Origin: Basidiobolus meristosporus CBS 931.73
Taxonomy: Eukaryota > Fungi > Basidiobolomycota
Assembly: GCA_002104905.1 (NCBI GenBank)
Contig: MCFE01000070.1
Coordinates: 123,138 to 187,137 of the forward strand
Direction of reading: 5' to 3'
Length of the DNA stretch: 64,000 nt
The notes beneath the pieces were generated by a model. The model did not search any database. It was given only the letters and a program-made list of their open reading frames with translations, and was not told where the DNA came from. Positions within the stretch are counted from its first letter, which is position 1, and each line of letters opens with the position of its first letter. The position numbers were made by a program, and so were the translations under genes. Of the stretch, positions 1 through 13,022 are shown piece after piece.

Positions 1-616
1 GGGATGCAAAGCTGGTTCACTTCTTACCTAGACTGGCTTGAAAATACGCCCTTCAGAAGTGAAGAACAAGGCTCGCTTAACAACCATGGTAAGAATCAGC
101 CTGATCCATCCACCACAAACTAAACTAACCATACTTGAAGGCACCTATTTTGACTACCAGTATATATCCATTGCCCTGTCTCTCGGAAGGAATGACCTTG
201 TGATTGCTACAGCCCAGAATGCGACCATTCGCAGGATAGCTGCACATATCACACCACAGGGGATTCAGCCCGAGGAGGTTAAGCGGCCAAATTCCTGGGG
301 CTATTCTGTCTTCAACATACATGGGCTGTGTCTATTGGCAAGAAGCGCAAAACTAGCCTCAGTAGATCTATGGAACTACTCAACCTCGGATGGGCGTTCC
401 ATACGTACGGGCCTAAATTATCTGATCCCATTTGCGCTGGGGAAAGCTAAATGGCCTTACAAGGATGTCCCCAAGAATGGGACACTCAACGAGTTTGTGG
501 AGATACTGGAGATAGCACGTGGAGCCTACACCGATCCAATCTATCTAAATGCGTATAACTTGTTGCACCAGAAATTTCCACCCAAAGTCAATTACAACCG
601 CTTAATGGTTTCTTAG
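1..616 (+). CDS. Alginate lyase family protein (PF05426-like), 5'-truncated by window edge; intron 89-140
   Basis: Splicing gtaag(89)...gaag(140) joins NNHG+TYFDYQ (NNH motif). Downstream I.PQG.QPEE..R..SWGYS.FN is typical of this family. Confidence 0.8.
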
Positions 617-822
617 AATCAATATATATTTGCTCCTGTATATATTATTACAGTTTATCCACCAAATACAACCATTCCCCTTTGCTTACTTCAACCTCAT
701 TCTGCCCAATGTCTATTGCAATCGTCTAATCGTTCCTTAGAAACAATGTATATTTGCTCCTTTCTGGAATTACAGTTTATTCGCTAAATATAACTATTCC
801 CCTTGGCTTAATTAACTTCAGC
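598..822. repeat. Diverged tandem duplication (period ~124 bp) between two convergent genes
   Basis: cttagaatcaatatatatttgctcct...ttacagtttat...attcccctt (from ~612) recurs as cttagaaacaatgtatatttgctcct...ttacagtttat...attcccctt (from ~736). Confidence 0.65.
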
Positions 823-1380
823 CTAAGAGGTTTCTATTCAAGATAAGGGAGGCGGGAAGGATTATTGGCATCAACCAGGGATACATTGTGGCACCATCGT
901 TAGGTTTGTTCGTCTTGGGGGCCGTATCACCCTCGGGTGGAGCATTAGAAGTGGATCCTGATGGAGCGTTGGATTTGATCTCGAAATAAGGGGTATATTT
1001 GACATTGGGTCCAGTGCCTGAGCGAATAGCGTACTGCTTGCCAGCAGGGAGATCTTGTGGGATTTGCCATTTATACTGACCCCCCTTCGCGTCCACACTT
1101 TGCTGGATGACATACAGCAATTGCATCTGGGTTGGAGGGCCTGTCATTAATGCCAACTCAATCGTGACCGGCGTGGGAGAACCACCTGTCTCAGTCCTAT
1201 GCGAAGAACCTGAGTTAAGATGGGTAGATGGTTGTGCAATGACCAGGAGGCTTACCAAGTAATCATTTTCTCACTCCCCGCTTCCCAGATCGCATTGATA
1301 GGGCTCGTGAGGGCGTAATCACCAGCCACCAATGAAGCCATTGCGAGCATACCAACACTAAAAAGAGAACTGAAATACAT
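818..1380 (-). CDS. Secreted Ser/Thr-rich, probably GPI-anchored cell-wall protein (Kre9/KNH N-terminal Ig-like family)
   Basis: Signal peptide MYFSSLFSVGMLAMASLVAG from ATG 1380, one intron, G.Y.W.IP.DL..G..Y.I motif, S/T/P linker and hydrophobic C-terminus. Confidence 0.7.
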
Positions 1381-2485
1381 GTTTTCCTAGGTATATGAAG
1401 TCGTGATAAGGCTTGGCTGCCATGCTCAAGAGGGTTTTATACATGGGGATAACTGCAAAGACACGAGTTTGACAGGTGGGGTGGCCGAGCCAAATGAGGA
1501 AAATAAAATGTCAACAGAATGTGCGCTGAGAATGTTTTCTGGCGTGGAAATTCGTGTTTGAATACAAGCCCAATTGACGAGTTTATTACACACTTCGATT
1601 AGATAGATTACACTGTGTGGCCGGCATGTAGTGATTCTGTCTTGATTCGTTCATCAGTTCCTGATGTCTTGTTGCTAGAGCGTGATGATATTCTAGCTCC
1701 TGATCAGATAATGAATTGTCACTAGGCCTTGTCTTCGGGCCTAAACTGAGATCATCCGAGCATGTCAGACATTCGGAACCATTGGGCACATCTGCGCGAG
1801 TCCCTGTATTTGATAGGTCAACTCTTTGTGACCATGGATTGTCAGGTATAGCAGATGTGCATTCGGCAGCTGGGTGTTGAGGAAGTCTCATTGTTATGCG
1901 GGTTTGAAGTTGGCCTTGTAGCGAATTTATATGATTTTAGCATGTGAATGAGCTGGACAGTATATTACATCATTGGCAACACCTGCTCGCTAAAGACCTA
2001 TATTACCAGCGATCATCCTACCAATTATTCAACTATGCATTCAGCGATGTATCCTTATTTTTGACACATCATTAGCCAATATTACCAGCATCGCTGTTGG
2101 CTCTGATCCGATACAGCGCTGACTGTATCACACAATGATGCAATGCCACTCAATCATTTTGTGCTGTGGCCACGGTAGAGAGAACATTACCAAGCTGCTA
2201 TATATAGGTAGCTGGAAATTGGTCAAAGCGTAGATTAGTCATTAGTAATCTAGTCCCCATTCAAGTGCAGATACCCACGAAGCAAGCCGTTATTTTTTAT
2301 TATGCTATTCTTCGCCGTGTGGTTGTGATACACGGTTGGATTTGGTTTAATCAAGCATCTCATCTTTTCCCTCTGAAAAATTATAAGGATTCACCAACTC
2401 GTTAACCTTAACTTCTTAAATATTACCTCCTATACTAATATACCTAGAAATCCTCTCTCCCACACACACGAACTCTTTGCACCTC

Positions 2486-4357
2486 ATGGCACACTCGCAC
2501 AAAAAAGAGAGTCCCATAGGAAGCTTTACCAACAGAACCGCTCTCTTAAGCACTACACCTGGGACATCCGATTATCGGAGTATTTCAGGAAAATCTGTTG
2601 CAGAAGAAAACGATGGCTTCCGGGTGGGTAGTTATGTAGGCGGCTCTTCCCAACATCATTCCTTTTTAGAAGGGGACATTGCGTCCAGTCCGGGCGCCTT
2701 CATTTCAAGAGACTTATACAAAGCCCACGATGACTATATAAATAACGGAAAGCTCGTAAGGTCTAGATCCATCGATGACTTACAGTCCTTAAAAACGGAA
2801 TCCGTGATGGAGGAGTTTAGAAGTCCCCTGGGCTTCCGACAGCATTTCATAAGGAATAGAGCTCAGTTATCCGGAAAGGCTCCGCCCAACCTTGTCACTC
2901 GCACTTGGATGGACTATCTAGATTTGTATGGCCATTTCGCCGGAGAAGAATTAGAGAGCGAAGACGAAGACGATTATTATACCCGAGTTGACTCCGACTT
3001 GGAAGATAACGAAAGCGGAGAGATTCACCCAGACGACAGCCAATATGGGCCAGGGGCGGAAGAACATGGCCACGAGCCGGGAAGCAATGTAGGAACCGCT
3101 TCAGTGGGAAAGTCGTTCTTTTTGCTGCTCAAATCGTTTATCGGCACTGGAGTGCTGTTTTTACCGAAGGCATTTTACAATGGCGGATTACTGTTCTCCA
3201 CGCTGTTTCTGATCTTCATCGCGGTCCTAACCTCCATCTGCATGCTACTGCTCATCAAGGTTCACGACAAAATCCCCGGCAGTTTCGGAGAGATAGGTGG
3301 AATCCTCTTTGGCAGCAAAATGCGAATTTCCGTATTGGTTTCAATCATTCTTTCTCAGGTAAGCCAGTCACCCACCAATATCAGTCGATGATGGCTAATC
3401 AACTTGCCTTTCTAATAGGTGGGCTTCGTCTGCGCTTATTTCATTTTTGTGGCCCAGAATATTCGGGATCTTCTGTTGGCCATATCCGACTGCGCTATTG
3501 ATATCCCACAGCATTATTTCATCGCACTGCAGCTCTTCATTTACATCCCGTTCGCGTGGATGCGTAAGATAAAGAGTCTATCATCGGCAGCATTGATAGC
3601 AAATATGCTAATTCTGTTCGGAATCGGCTACATCTATTATATTGATACAAACAGACTAGCAACTCTTGGACTGGCCAATGTCCAAATGTTCAATCCCAAG
3701 GATTTCCCATTATTCATTGGTACAGCATTGTTCACCTTTGAGGGGATTGGGCTGGTCATTCCGATTGTGAACGCTATGAAGGAGCCGGAGAAATTCCCAC
3801 GAATGATGATCACTGCCATGGCAGTCATGACGGTACTGTTTGTTTCCGTGGGGGCCCTTTCATACTCGGCCTTTGGCGACGAGATTCAAACGGTGGTGCT
3901 CCTTAACATGCCCTACAAGCACCCTGTTACTGAGTCGGTGCAAGTGTTCTATGTCACCGCCATTGTCCTGACAGTCCCCCTGATGCTCTTCCCCGTCACA
4001 CGTATCATAGAGCAATGGGTATTCGGTGCACGAACTGGCAAATATTCGTTCAAAGTTAAATGGCAAAAGAATCTCTCCAGATCGATCATTTGCATCATCT
4101 TGGCTCTGATCGCATGGGGCGGTGCTTCCAATCTGGATAATTTCGTGGCTTTGATTGGTGCCTTTGCTTGCATTCCACTAGTCTTTATTTATCCGGCCAT
4201 GTACCATCTCAAAGCGGTCGCTACACACAGGCTTGTACGTTTAGGAGATCTGCTGCTGATTGTCTTTGGTATCATTGTGATGTTCTACGTCACTTACACC
4301 ACCATCACTGGATGGACAACTGCCCATGAGATTGACCGTTGCCCTGGCAAGCATTAA
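2486..4357 (+). CDS. Vacuolar amino acid transporter, AVT3/AVT4-like (Aa_trans); intron ~3359-3418
   Basis: GFRRHFI / LDLYGHFAGEELE N-terminal motifs, KSFIGTGVLFLPKAF, FTFEGIGL, multiple TM segments. Confidence 0.9.
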
Positions 4358-4967
4358 CCGCTTCGCACAGCCCCTACATAACCCCGCTAAAATGAATACT
4401 CGTAGTATTAAATAATCCATTTACTCTCGGTCATGAATATTTTTTGCTCGGGAAGGTTAGATCATGGATATTCAATCGCCAACCTTAAGCATACCATCCC
4501 TCACCACGGCTAATCTAATCCAAATGAAGCCCTTCGGGTTACCAAGGCTCTAGCCTGAAAGCATCGCTCCCAACAGGATTCAAACATCAATAAACTTTTC
4601 GCATTTTACCATTGAACAGACCAGACCAGCATTGTATCGATCGGCAGCGAAATCTAAGACTTGATGGCTCTTATCTTGCCAATTCCGTATCATATCAGAT
4701 GGTGATTATCCTTTCTTGGAGCGTGTGGTTGGGTTTACCAAGGGAATTGGAAAATTCTGGCGGAACGCGGACCCTTATAAATACCCTTGGTTACACATCG
4801 CATCACACTCTTGTGAGCTTAATTTCTCTCTTGTGGTTTTTGGGTATAGGGACTCTCGTGTGCTTGACCTTACCCTGGTTTCCTCGTCATTTCTTCCATT
4901 CAATCTCGAAAAAACCAAGCGAAGCACATATTCCAATCGAAAGCAATTCTATCTTCTCAATAGGATC

Positions 4968-6523
4968 ATGTCTACTCTATCCATCGCCGCGTACACCACC
5001 AGCGTCATTGTCTGTGTCCTCTTCGGCGCCTTTGCTTTGTATCTAAGCAAGAAGCTCCAGCATCGAAATGCTGACACCGAGTTCTTCCTTACTGCCAGAA
5101 GTTCTTCTAACTGCACGAAGATTACTTGGAGTTTCTACGCGGCGTCCGTCGGTGCATGGTAAGTGTATTAAGTTTCCCACTCCTGAGCGCATTTTATTCA
5201 ATCCACACCGATAGGACTCTCTTCGGGCCACCTAGTTATGCCTTGACTGCGGGGATTATTGGGGTGGCTTCGTACGCAGTAGCCACCGGGATCCCCATCT
5301 TTATCGTGGCCTTCTTTGGTAACAAGATACAGGCCCGTTACCCGAACGTGGTCTCCCTCTCGGATTTCGTGCATTGGCGTTTTGGACCCACATTGCAATA
5401 CTTCGTGGCATTCATCATGCTGTTCAATATGGCGACTGCGCTCATTGCCGAGTACACATCCATTGGGGATCTCTTCGAGTCGATCATCGGGGCCAGCAGA
5501 ATCCCTTATGTAATCATGGTTGGGGTGATTACCATGGCCTACACAGCAACTGGTGGCCTCTATGTCTCGATCGTTACGGACCAAGGTCAAGCGGTCATGA
5601 GCATCCTGTTCGTTGTCATCATGATCATCTACATAGCTGTAACGTTCCGATTACCTTTGCGCACTCCATTACCGGAGGCGTTAGGTCCCAATTACTACGG
5701 CTGGGGATCCATCGCAACCATGCCGATCTCCCTATTCGCTGGTACTTGCTTTTCGGAAGCTATGTGGCAACGTGTTTGGGCCTCGGAAGATCCACGCGCG
5801 CTGAAGAAAGGCGCTCTTCTCGCCATGTTGATCACCACTTTGGTGATCTTCTTCCTTGGGTTCTGCGGCTTTTTGGCCGCTTGGGGTGGTCTGGACACTT
5901 CCAATGCGAACGTGGTCTTGTTTACGTTGTTGGGTCACGGTGGCGACGCACCGGTGTGGATCACTGTCATCGTAACTATGCTCGCCGTTTGCATGAACAC
6001 GTCTGCTGTGGATAGTATGCAGAACGCTTTGGTAGATAGTATCTCTTCGGTATTCCTGAAAACCCGACCGGTCTGGTGGTCCCGTGTATTGGTAGTGGTA
6101 GTGAACGTACCGTTGATTATCTTATCTTTGAAGGGATACCAGGTCATGAACCTCTTCTTGCTCTCAAACCTGGTTACTACCTGCTTCATCTTACCGGTCT
6201 TCATGGGGCTCTGGGAAGGACGTGGACGCCATATGGTGAACACGGCATCCGTGTTGATCGGATGCATGTCCGGATTTGGTTCAGTTATGGTTTACGGAAC
6301 TCTGGTCAAAGGCAACCTGCGGGATGGTATGTATTACACCTTCTTTGCTGGATATACCTATCCACCATTCTTGCTCGCACTGGGCTTTTCTGGTGTGGGA
6401 TTGGTGATCTCAGGCTTCCTTATCTCTCTTGTTTTCCCGGACTACGGCAAACGACCGAAGATTGTGGAGCATGCAGTAGAGACATCCAAATTATCCAAGA
6501 TTGACCAACAACTCTACGAATGA
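4968..6523 (+). CDS. Sodium:solute symporter family transporter (DUR3/DUR31-like); one intron from ~5159
   Basis: EFFLTAR, WSFYAASVGAW, YT..GGL..SIVTDQ.Q, WQRVWA motifs; many TM helices. Confidence 0.8.
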
Positions 6524-6695
6524 AGAGGTATTAACTATCGAAGAAAATGGGCGAAATAAACTGAGAATTTCGATATTTGCTATCTACATATATGTGCAAG
6601 CGGGAACATTTGGAACATTTATTTCATTTCGCTCATTGGGCAGGGGCTTGAAAGGTTACAAAGCTATGATATCATATCATATGGATTTCGAGGAA

Positions 6696-8560
6696 TCATG
6701 GTATCGTTCGGAGAAAGAATGGTTGGGCACTTGGCAAAAGGTGGATTAGCTTCGTGTGCATGGATTGGTTTTGTAGAAACTTACCTGGCAGCGTGAATTT
6801 CCTCTTCTTCAGTGGCGTGGCCAAATTCCGGTTGGGTGTTTTCAGCGTTGGTGTCTGTGAATGTTCAGCAGGATGTGACTTGTACTCGAAATCCTCTTTG
6901 TCCGACGTGTCTGTCCCATTAAATTCGGGCGAAATCGTATGATTGTTCTTGGGTCTTGATTTAGACTTCACCTTAGCTAATGGTGTGGTGGGCAACGAGG
7001 AGCCCAGCGAGCCAGTGGGTGAACTAGCTTTGGCTGGCTTAACGTCATCTGCGCTAATCGCAACATCCTGCAGTATCTTTCCAGTGCTTCCATTTAACCC
7101 CACAGGCATTACACAGCGTGCCAGCACCAGCCGGCCCACGCCTCCACATGGGTGTACTCTTACATCCACAATACGCGCACTTCTTGGCGTTCCCGTTGTT
7201 GGAGTTGTATGTATTGGAGTTTTTCCGGGACACCACTGCAGCGGGCTTGGACTTTTTCACTACATCGACAATCGCACGGTCAATTCTGGGAAACAATTCG
7301 GTGCTTGTTGGGTGGAGGTTTACCTTCAGAGGATCCAAGGGTTTTCGATTTTTTGGGATTACGTCGGGTTTCGGACTGAATGGTGATCATGCTGGTTAGC
7401 TACCTTTGAATTCGTGTGATGGCGATTGATGACTCACGCTAGAGACGGAGGGCCGGCGCTCGATCGCCTTCGATGGTGTTTTGATGTTGGACGTTTCTTT
7501 GTGGTTCGCATTGACTGATGTCGTTTTCTATCGATAAGATACCGATTAGATAGCTTCCGAGCTATTCATCTTTGTTTGGAAAACTTGCCTTGACCAAAGC
7601 TTCTGGCAATTCGCATGGTAAAGAATATTTCATGTGTAAACTATTAGGGAGAAACTTGATCTAAGAATTGCCAACGGGAGTGTGAGGAGCTGGCGTTGCT
7701 GCAAAATCTAGTGAACACCGAGTCTGGATTACCTTGTCGGTCATGTATCCGTATACGAAGGACACGTCCTTTGTAACTTGCTTTATTGACATCCAGAGTT
7801 CTTTGGATACTTTCGATAGATGTATCGTCATGACCGAGGTTGCTGGAACCGATAGAGGAGTTCCCGTTTCTCGGGATATCGCAGACACGTCGGCAAGGAT
7901 CTAATTATTCTTCGTTAAAAAAATAGAAACATCAAGATAGAACTACACAGTGTGCTCACCTCATACGGCTCATTGATACTTGTTGCCTCAACGACTGCTT
8001 CTTCGGGGAATAGCCAAGTTTCAGAGGGATCCTCTTGAAATTCAAATATGAGTTCACCAGGCACCAACGATTCGGGTAGGTCAGCTAAAGTATTCGTGGA
8101 TAGATCGCTGATGTGTAGAGACTTTCGAGACAATTGTGTAGCACTTTCCGGAGGGGTTTCCAACATCGGGTGTAACACACGATAAAATTTGGTGGAAGGA
8201 AACGAATGAGGGCCAATGAACAACGTGCAGGCTCCTATACATAGGTATTGCACACCTGATTCCAAGCTATTGGTATATCTTTGAAAGAGTGAAGTACAAG
8301 CTTTTCGAGTGTGAATCAAACTAGTAAGAAGCGTGCTCCTAAAAAGCATGAAAGATTTGAATCACTGCCAAGGAGAAGTTATTGATCTCACTCTCCTCGC
8401 ATGTCAAAGGAGAGTGCGGACCCAATCTACGTACATGTCTGTTTTCAACCTCTCATCATTCAAGTGATTCCTTGGACTTTCGATGACCGGGAATGGAGAG
8501 ATCGTCTTTCTTTCGGCACTAGATTCCATTCAGATTTTGTGTAGTAGCCACTGTTGGTAG
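6696..8560 (-). CDS. GATA-type zinc finger transcription factor, multi-exon; 5' end approximate
   Basis: [31 protein letters not shown] (C-x2-C-x18-C-x2-C). Upstream exons at 7915-8349 and ~8420-8560 are linked by GT-AG introns. Confidence 0.75.
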
Positions 8561-8931
8561 GTTGGTGAACGATGAAGGCAGAGATGAAGTATATTATTCA
8601 CAGTTACTTCAGACTTTAGCCGCAATCTAGTATGTTTGAGAAGTGTGTTTGAGAGGAAACTTTTCGTGTGCCCTAATCCAGCATTCAAAATGACTGCAAT
8701 AGACACATGGTCAGAATTGAAATCATCCGTCCATGATGGAAGTCACATCAAGGTTCACCATCTCTAAGCCCTACTTAATTTAACCAAAATCTACACAACT
8801 TTTCGCTTCTCGCTTAAACATGAAAAATATCCAGCTCCATGATTGTTTATTTACATTACTGACGAAGTACGATACAGTCATAGTTTCTGCTTGTTTCATG
8901 CCTAGTGGTAGACCCACATCTGAAAACGAAC

Positions 8932-9611
8932 ATGGACAAGTTTGTGATAAGAAAGCGTTACCCCCTACAAGAAAAGACTACCAAGACCCTCTCCACGGAA
9001 AACGTATCTAAACCGAGCATAAAAGAGCTTTTAAATGTTGGGCCGTGCAAAGATACACTTTACAAATCCAACTCCACAGGTCATCAAACCAATGAGTCCC
9101 AAAGAAGAACCCATCACTACTGGGAATATAGACATAAAAAGCTACAGCAACAGAAGCCCGAGATAGTACGTTCCTCACTTCGGATTACCAGCGTCCTGTT
9201 TTTGACCATACTCTTGTCTGCAACCAGGTGTCGAGAGTTTTGAAGGGAGTGGTTGTTTATGTGGATGGCTACCTAAATTTGACTATGTCTGATTTGGAAT
9301 TCAAGAAGTTGATACAGAAGCATGGTGGCGAAGTAAGGTAACTGCGTAGTATACACCTTTATAAACGGGGGTGCCAAGTCTGACCTAGTTTAATGTTTAC
9401 TAGCTATACTCTGGCAAGACGGAAAGTAACCCATGTGATATGTCGCAATTTAAGTGCCTCAAAGGCCCACAACCAGCTTCAAACTCAAACCAAGGTGAAA
9501 GTGGTGACTCCGGACTGGATAGTAGAAAGTATAGGCAAAGGAAAACTACTTCCGGAGTATTCCTTCTTCGCCTTAAAAGATCAAACGTATCGAGTACTAA
9601 AGGCCAATTAA
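8932..9611 (+). CDS. Small stand-alone BRCT-domain protein (REV1 N-terminal BRCT-like); two introns
   Basis: Spliced product ...LKGVVVYVDGY...KLIQKHGGEVR/YTLARRKVTHVIC...VVTPDWIVESIGKGKLLP ends at TAA 9611. Confidence 0.75.
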
Positions 9612-10365
9612 TGCTATGTGATGCATCTATATGTATATACTAATCTCTTTTTGGTCTCTTGTGCGCAAATAAATCATCATACGAGGTCAGTCTGATGATA
9701 TGAACAAATGCAAACCAAGTTATAGGAAATGATGGGATCAGTAACTGATTCTACTTGAGATATTTGTATTAGAGAATCTAGTGCACATCTTTTTTTAAAT
9801 CTAGGTTCTTTAGGGTTGACCGTTGGGTGAGACACTGTACTCGGGATTGATTGGCGAATGAATATTAATAATACTGAATGGTTTAATACCTGCATCTCCA
9901 GTATATATTCTAATGGAAGCACCCTAGGTAACAGGTTACGTGGCTCACAATGCCATGAGGCTCGGTACCCCGATCAGAACCGGCACCTCAACCAGAACTG
10001 TGAAATGATAATGACGTTAATTACGTACCACACTAATCACCAGCCAACTAGCCCCATCGAGTGCCAAATTTGTAACTAAAAACCCCTGAATTACCGTCGG
10101 CTCTTCTAAAGAAAAATTAATTTAAATACACATAGACTCGGCAAATCAAAACCCACCGTCGCTTGTCGGAAATGGCAAGATGGTTCCTGAATTCACCTTT
10201 TCCGTAATCCCATGAAACTGTCAAACGAAAATGGAGTGTTATGCTTCGAAAAATTTATTATTGCTTGGAATCGGTGTGAGTGGTGAATGTATATTGAAGA
10301 GCGGGTGGGTAGGTGATGGAATACTGCTATTATATGTATGCTAGGCGTAGAATGACTTCCCTATA

Positions 10366-11661
10366 TTACACTTGTTTGTCTTTCTCGATATTGTTAATAA
10401 GGGAAATGATGGCATCCTTAGCACCAAGTACACATCCCAATAGACCGATGGCCACCACAATCAAGCACCACAAGAGCTCCAACTTACTGACACTTCTCCA
10501 TCCAAAGAGCTTGAAGTAGAGAACGATTGGCGCGACGAACACAATAATGCAGTTGGATAGAGCGCCAATCAACGACATAAGGTCAGGGACGTATGGTAGA
10601 AACAAAGCAATAACTGTGAGCACCACAATAACAACGCTACGCAGAGAAGCGCGAAGGAAGAACTCCTTGGGTGCGCTGTGATATTTTCTGTCAATCTTGA
10701 AAATCATCTCCATCTCGTTGGCGAAGCTCGTGAGTAGAATAGGTGCGGCAAAAATAACGTGGATGGTAATCAGAATCACCGAGATGTAGTAACCAGCATT
10801 TTGTGGAAGGTTGAGATAAATGGGAGATTCTGTCATATTCCCGTACACGTAATAGCCGCAAATACTGATCAACAAGTACATGCCAGTAATCGTGCCAATG
10901 GCCGCAGCCAATACCTTGGGCCAGGATTTAGGATGGCGCATCCCTTCCTCTACATGTGGGTAGATAACGTTGCCACCGTAGGAGAAACTAATGGATGCGA
11001 GAGCAATGGGCAGACCGGATCCATGTACAAATACGTGACTATTGTCGAAGCCCGGTGGGAGCTTTGGCAGTTGAATAAAGCCTTCGATTACCACTGTAAG
11101 CACAACGACCAATGTCGCAACGGCCCCAAAAGCTGCCAAGATTGCAACCTCTTTGAGGGTCTTCAGCGCGATGTAAGGAATGCAGACAACAACCGCGGCA
11201 ACGATAATGCAGACTTTCTCACTTGCATTGACGCCCCAAGATTGTAGGAGACCTCTAGCATTTTGACCAGCAAGCAGAATGTAAATACAGGAAGCGCCGA
11301 GTTGAATCGAGTAATAGAAGACTCGAACAAAGAACTTCCCGGGCTTTCCGAAGGCTGCCTGTCCGATTGATGGGTAATCGGGTAGACGGGAAACACCATC
11401 GTAATAAAGGCACTTGATGAGGAGTTGACCAGTATAGACAGCAATACAAGCTGAGAGCACGATCATTATTAGAGATATCCAGCCACCTTGGTGGAGCGAG
11501 AGTGGAAGCTGCAAGGTACCAGTTCCAGCAATCACACAAACGATATTGAAATAGGCACCAAAACTTGAGCCAGTTCTGTGTTGGTTTGCGCCATCATCGA
11601 ATTCGAGTTGATGGACTTCTTTGTCGGAGGAAAATTCGTTGGTAGCAATTTTTTCTGTCAT
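10366..11661 (-). CDS. Amino acid transporter (Aa_trans, AVT1-like), intronless
   Basis: 431 aa ORF with AYFNIVCVIAGTGTLQLP, FSYGGNVIYPHVE and ~11 TM segments. Confidence 0.9.
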   Translation of the reverse strand: MTEKIATNEFSSDKEVHQLEFDDGANQHRTGSSFGAYFNIVCVIAGTGTLQLPLSLHQGGWISLIMIVLSACIAVYTGQLLIKCLYYDGVSRLPDYPSIGQAAFGKPGKFFVRVFYYSIQLGASCIYILLAGQNARGLLQSWGVNASEKVCIIVAAVVVCIPYIALKTLKEVAILAAFGAVATLVVVLTVVIEGFIQLPKLPPGFDNSHVFVHGSGLPIALASISFSYGGNVIYPHVEEGMRHPKSWPKVLAAAIGTITGMYLLISICGYYVYGNMTESPIYLNLPQNAGYYISVILITIHVIFAAPILLTSFANEMEMIFKIDRKYHSAPKEFFLRASLRSVVIVVLTVIALFLPYVPDLMSLIGALSNCIIVFVAPIVLYFKLFGWRSVSKLELLWCLIVVAIGLLGCVLGAKDAIISLINNIEKDKQV

Positions 11662-13022
11662 CCTGGCAGATGGAGTCGTAAACCAAGAGAGTGAGCGAAA
11701 CTAGTCAAGTACGAAAAGGTGAACTGGTCGTTCAACGATTTCTAGATGGCGTGGTTGTAAGGTTAACTTACAACGAGGGACGTTAGTGTAGGAGCGGATT
11801 GATAGAGCTGGTTGGGACTGATGTGAAGGGGACTCCGGGACAGGCTTTTATATTGGTGGGCGGTCTAAACATGTCTCGTAGTTCTGGAAACCGTTATACC
11901 TAATCCAGTAAGTGACCAAAAGAATACTGTGCTCATGACTCTTCATTGATTTGTCTAAATTCGATGGTTTCGTACCACTTGATTGGCCACCATCCCACTG
12001 ATCAAGAGACCACTTGGCAACCAGAGTTGAAAGATATCGCAGCCTGTAGAATGCCACACTATATTTGAGAGGGTCAATAATGTAAGGAACGTGGTACATT
12101 ACACGATTCAATCTAACCCGTGATTAGACATTTAGGTTTCTCCTCGGTGGGGAAATGTTTTCTAATTGGCAAACGCTAGATCCCGACTATTTTACGTAAC
12201 ACTCGAAGCGTGTGGTGAGCCGCGAATAGTTGGTCGAGTGAGATATAGAGTGGGGAATGTGAATAGCGGTTTGGGTGGGAAGATTCTGAGGTGCTACCTC
12301 ATTTGATTGAAGTATTGACTGAAGATTGGCCAAACGTTCATTAAACAATCCGGTTCCTAGCAAGAATGTGGGCGCCGACCACAATCAACCCAACATCACT
12401 TTCTAAATGCAGATTTTGCTTTTTAAGCTATGACCGAGCCACTTCTAAAACCGATTTCGAGCGCTAACTGGCAGGCGCCTTATATGCCAGACAACATGGG
12501 CTGCTTGCCTCCCTCTATTTTGGAAAAATTCCACGGTGGTTTAGGATACTCTAATCGGATGCGCGGGTGGGAACCATTCTTTGACTCATGGGAATTTTTC
12601 TTGTTGCAAGTCAAACCATTTCGCAGGATCTTGATTTCCCTCACGAACACAGGTAACCTGATGATCGATCCTGGGGTGATGGTCACCACCCGATCGCATC
12701 CGGTTGTGGTCATTGATCTCCAGTTGTGATTTTCGATGGAAACGTCTTATCACGTCAGGTATATGACGATGTAAATTACCTCGCGGAAGATTACTCATTC
12801 CGATCCCCTTGCTTTGGCATGCCAAATTGAGAGTTCCTGATTCCGCAAAGCAGAAAGTTAGTTAAAGTGCATAAATCAAAGGCAAGTTGGTCTACCAGTT
12901 TACCGGGTGTTTACTACAGCTTTGGAACTGTTATCCCAGCTATATAAATACTGGCTTTATCCTATTCGAGACTTCTGTGATACACAAGCGCTTCTGATTT
13001 CTTGCTTGATTGACTTATTATA

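Noticed and set aside
1586-1891. 101 aa minus-strand ORF
   Set aside because: No similarity, signal or splice support seen; could be chance.
9685-9750. C/D box snoRNA (CTGATGA...CTGA)
   Set aside because: No terminal stem and no recognisable rRNA-complementary guide.
11848-12825. Short ORFs between the AVT1-like gene and ERO1
   Set aside because: No motif or consistent spliced frame found; left unannotated.
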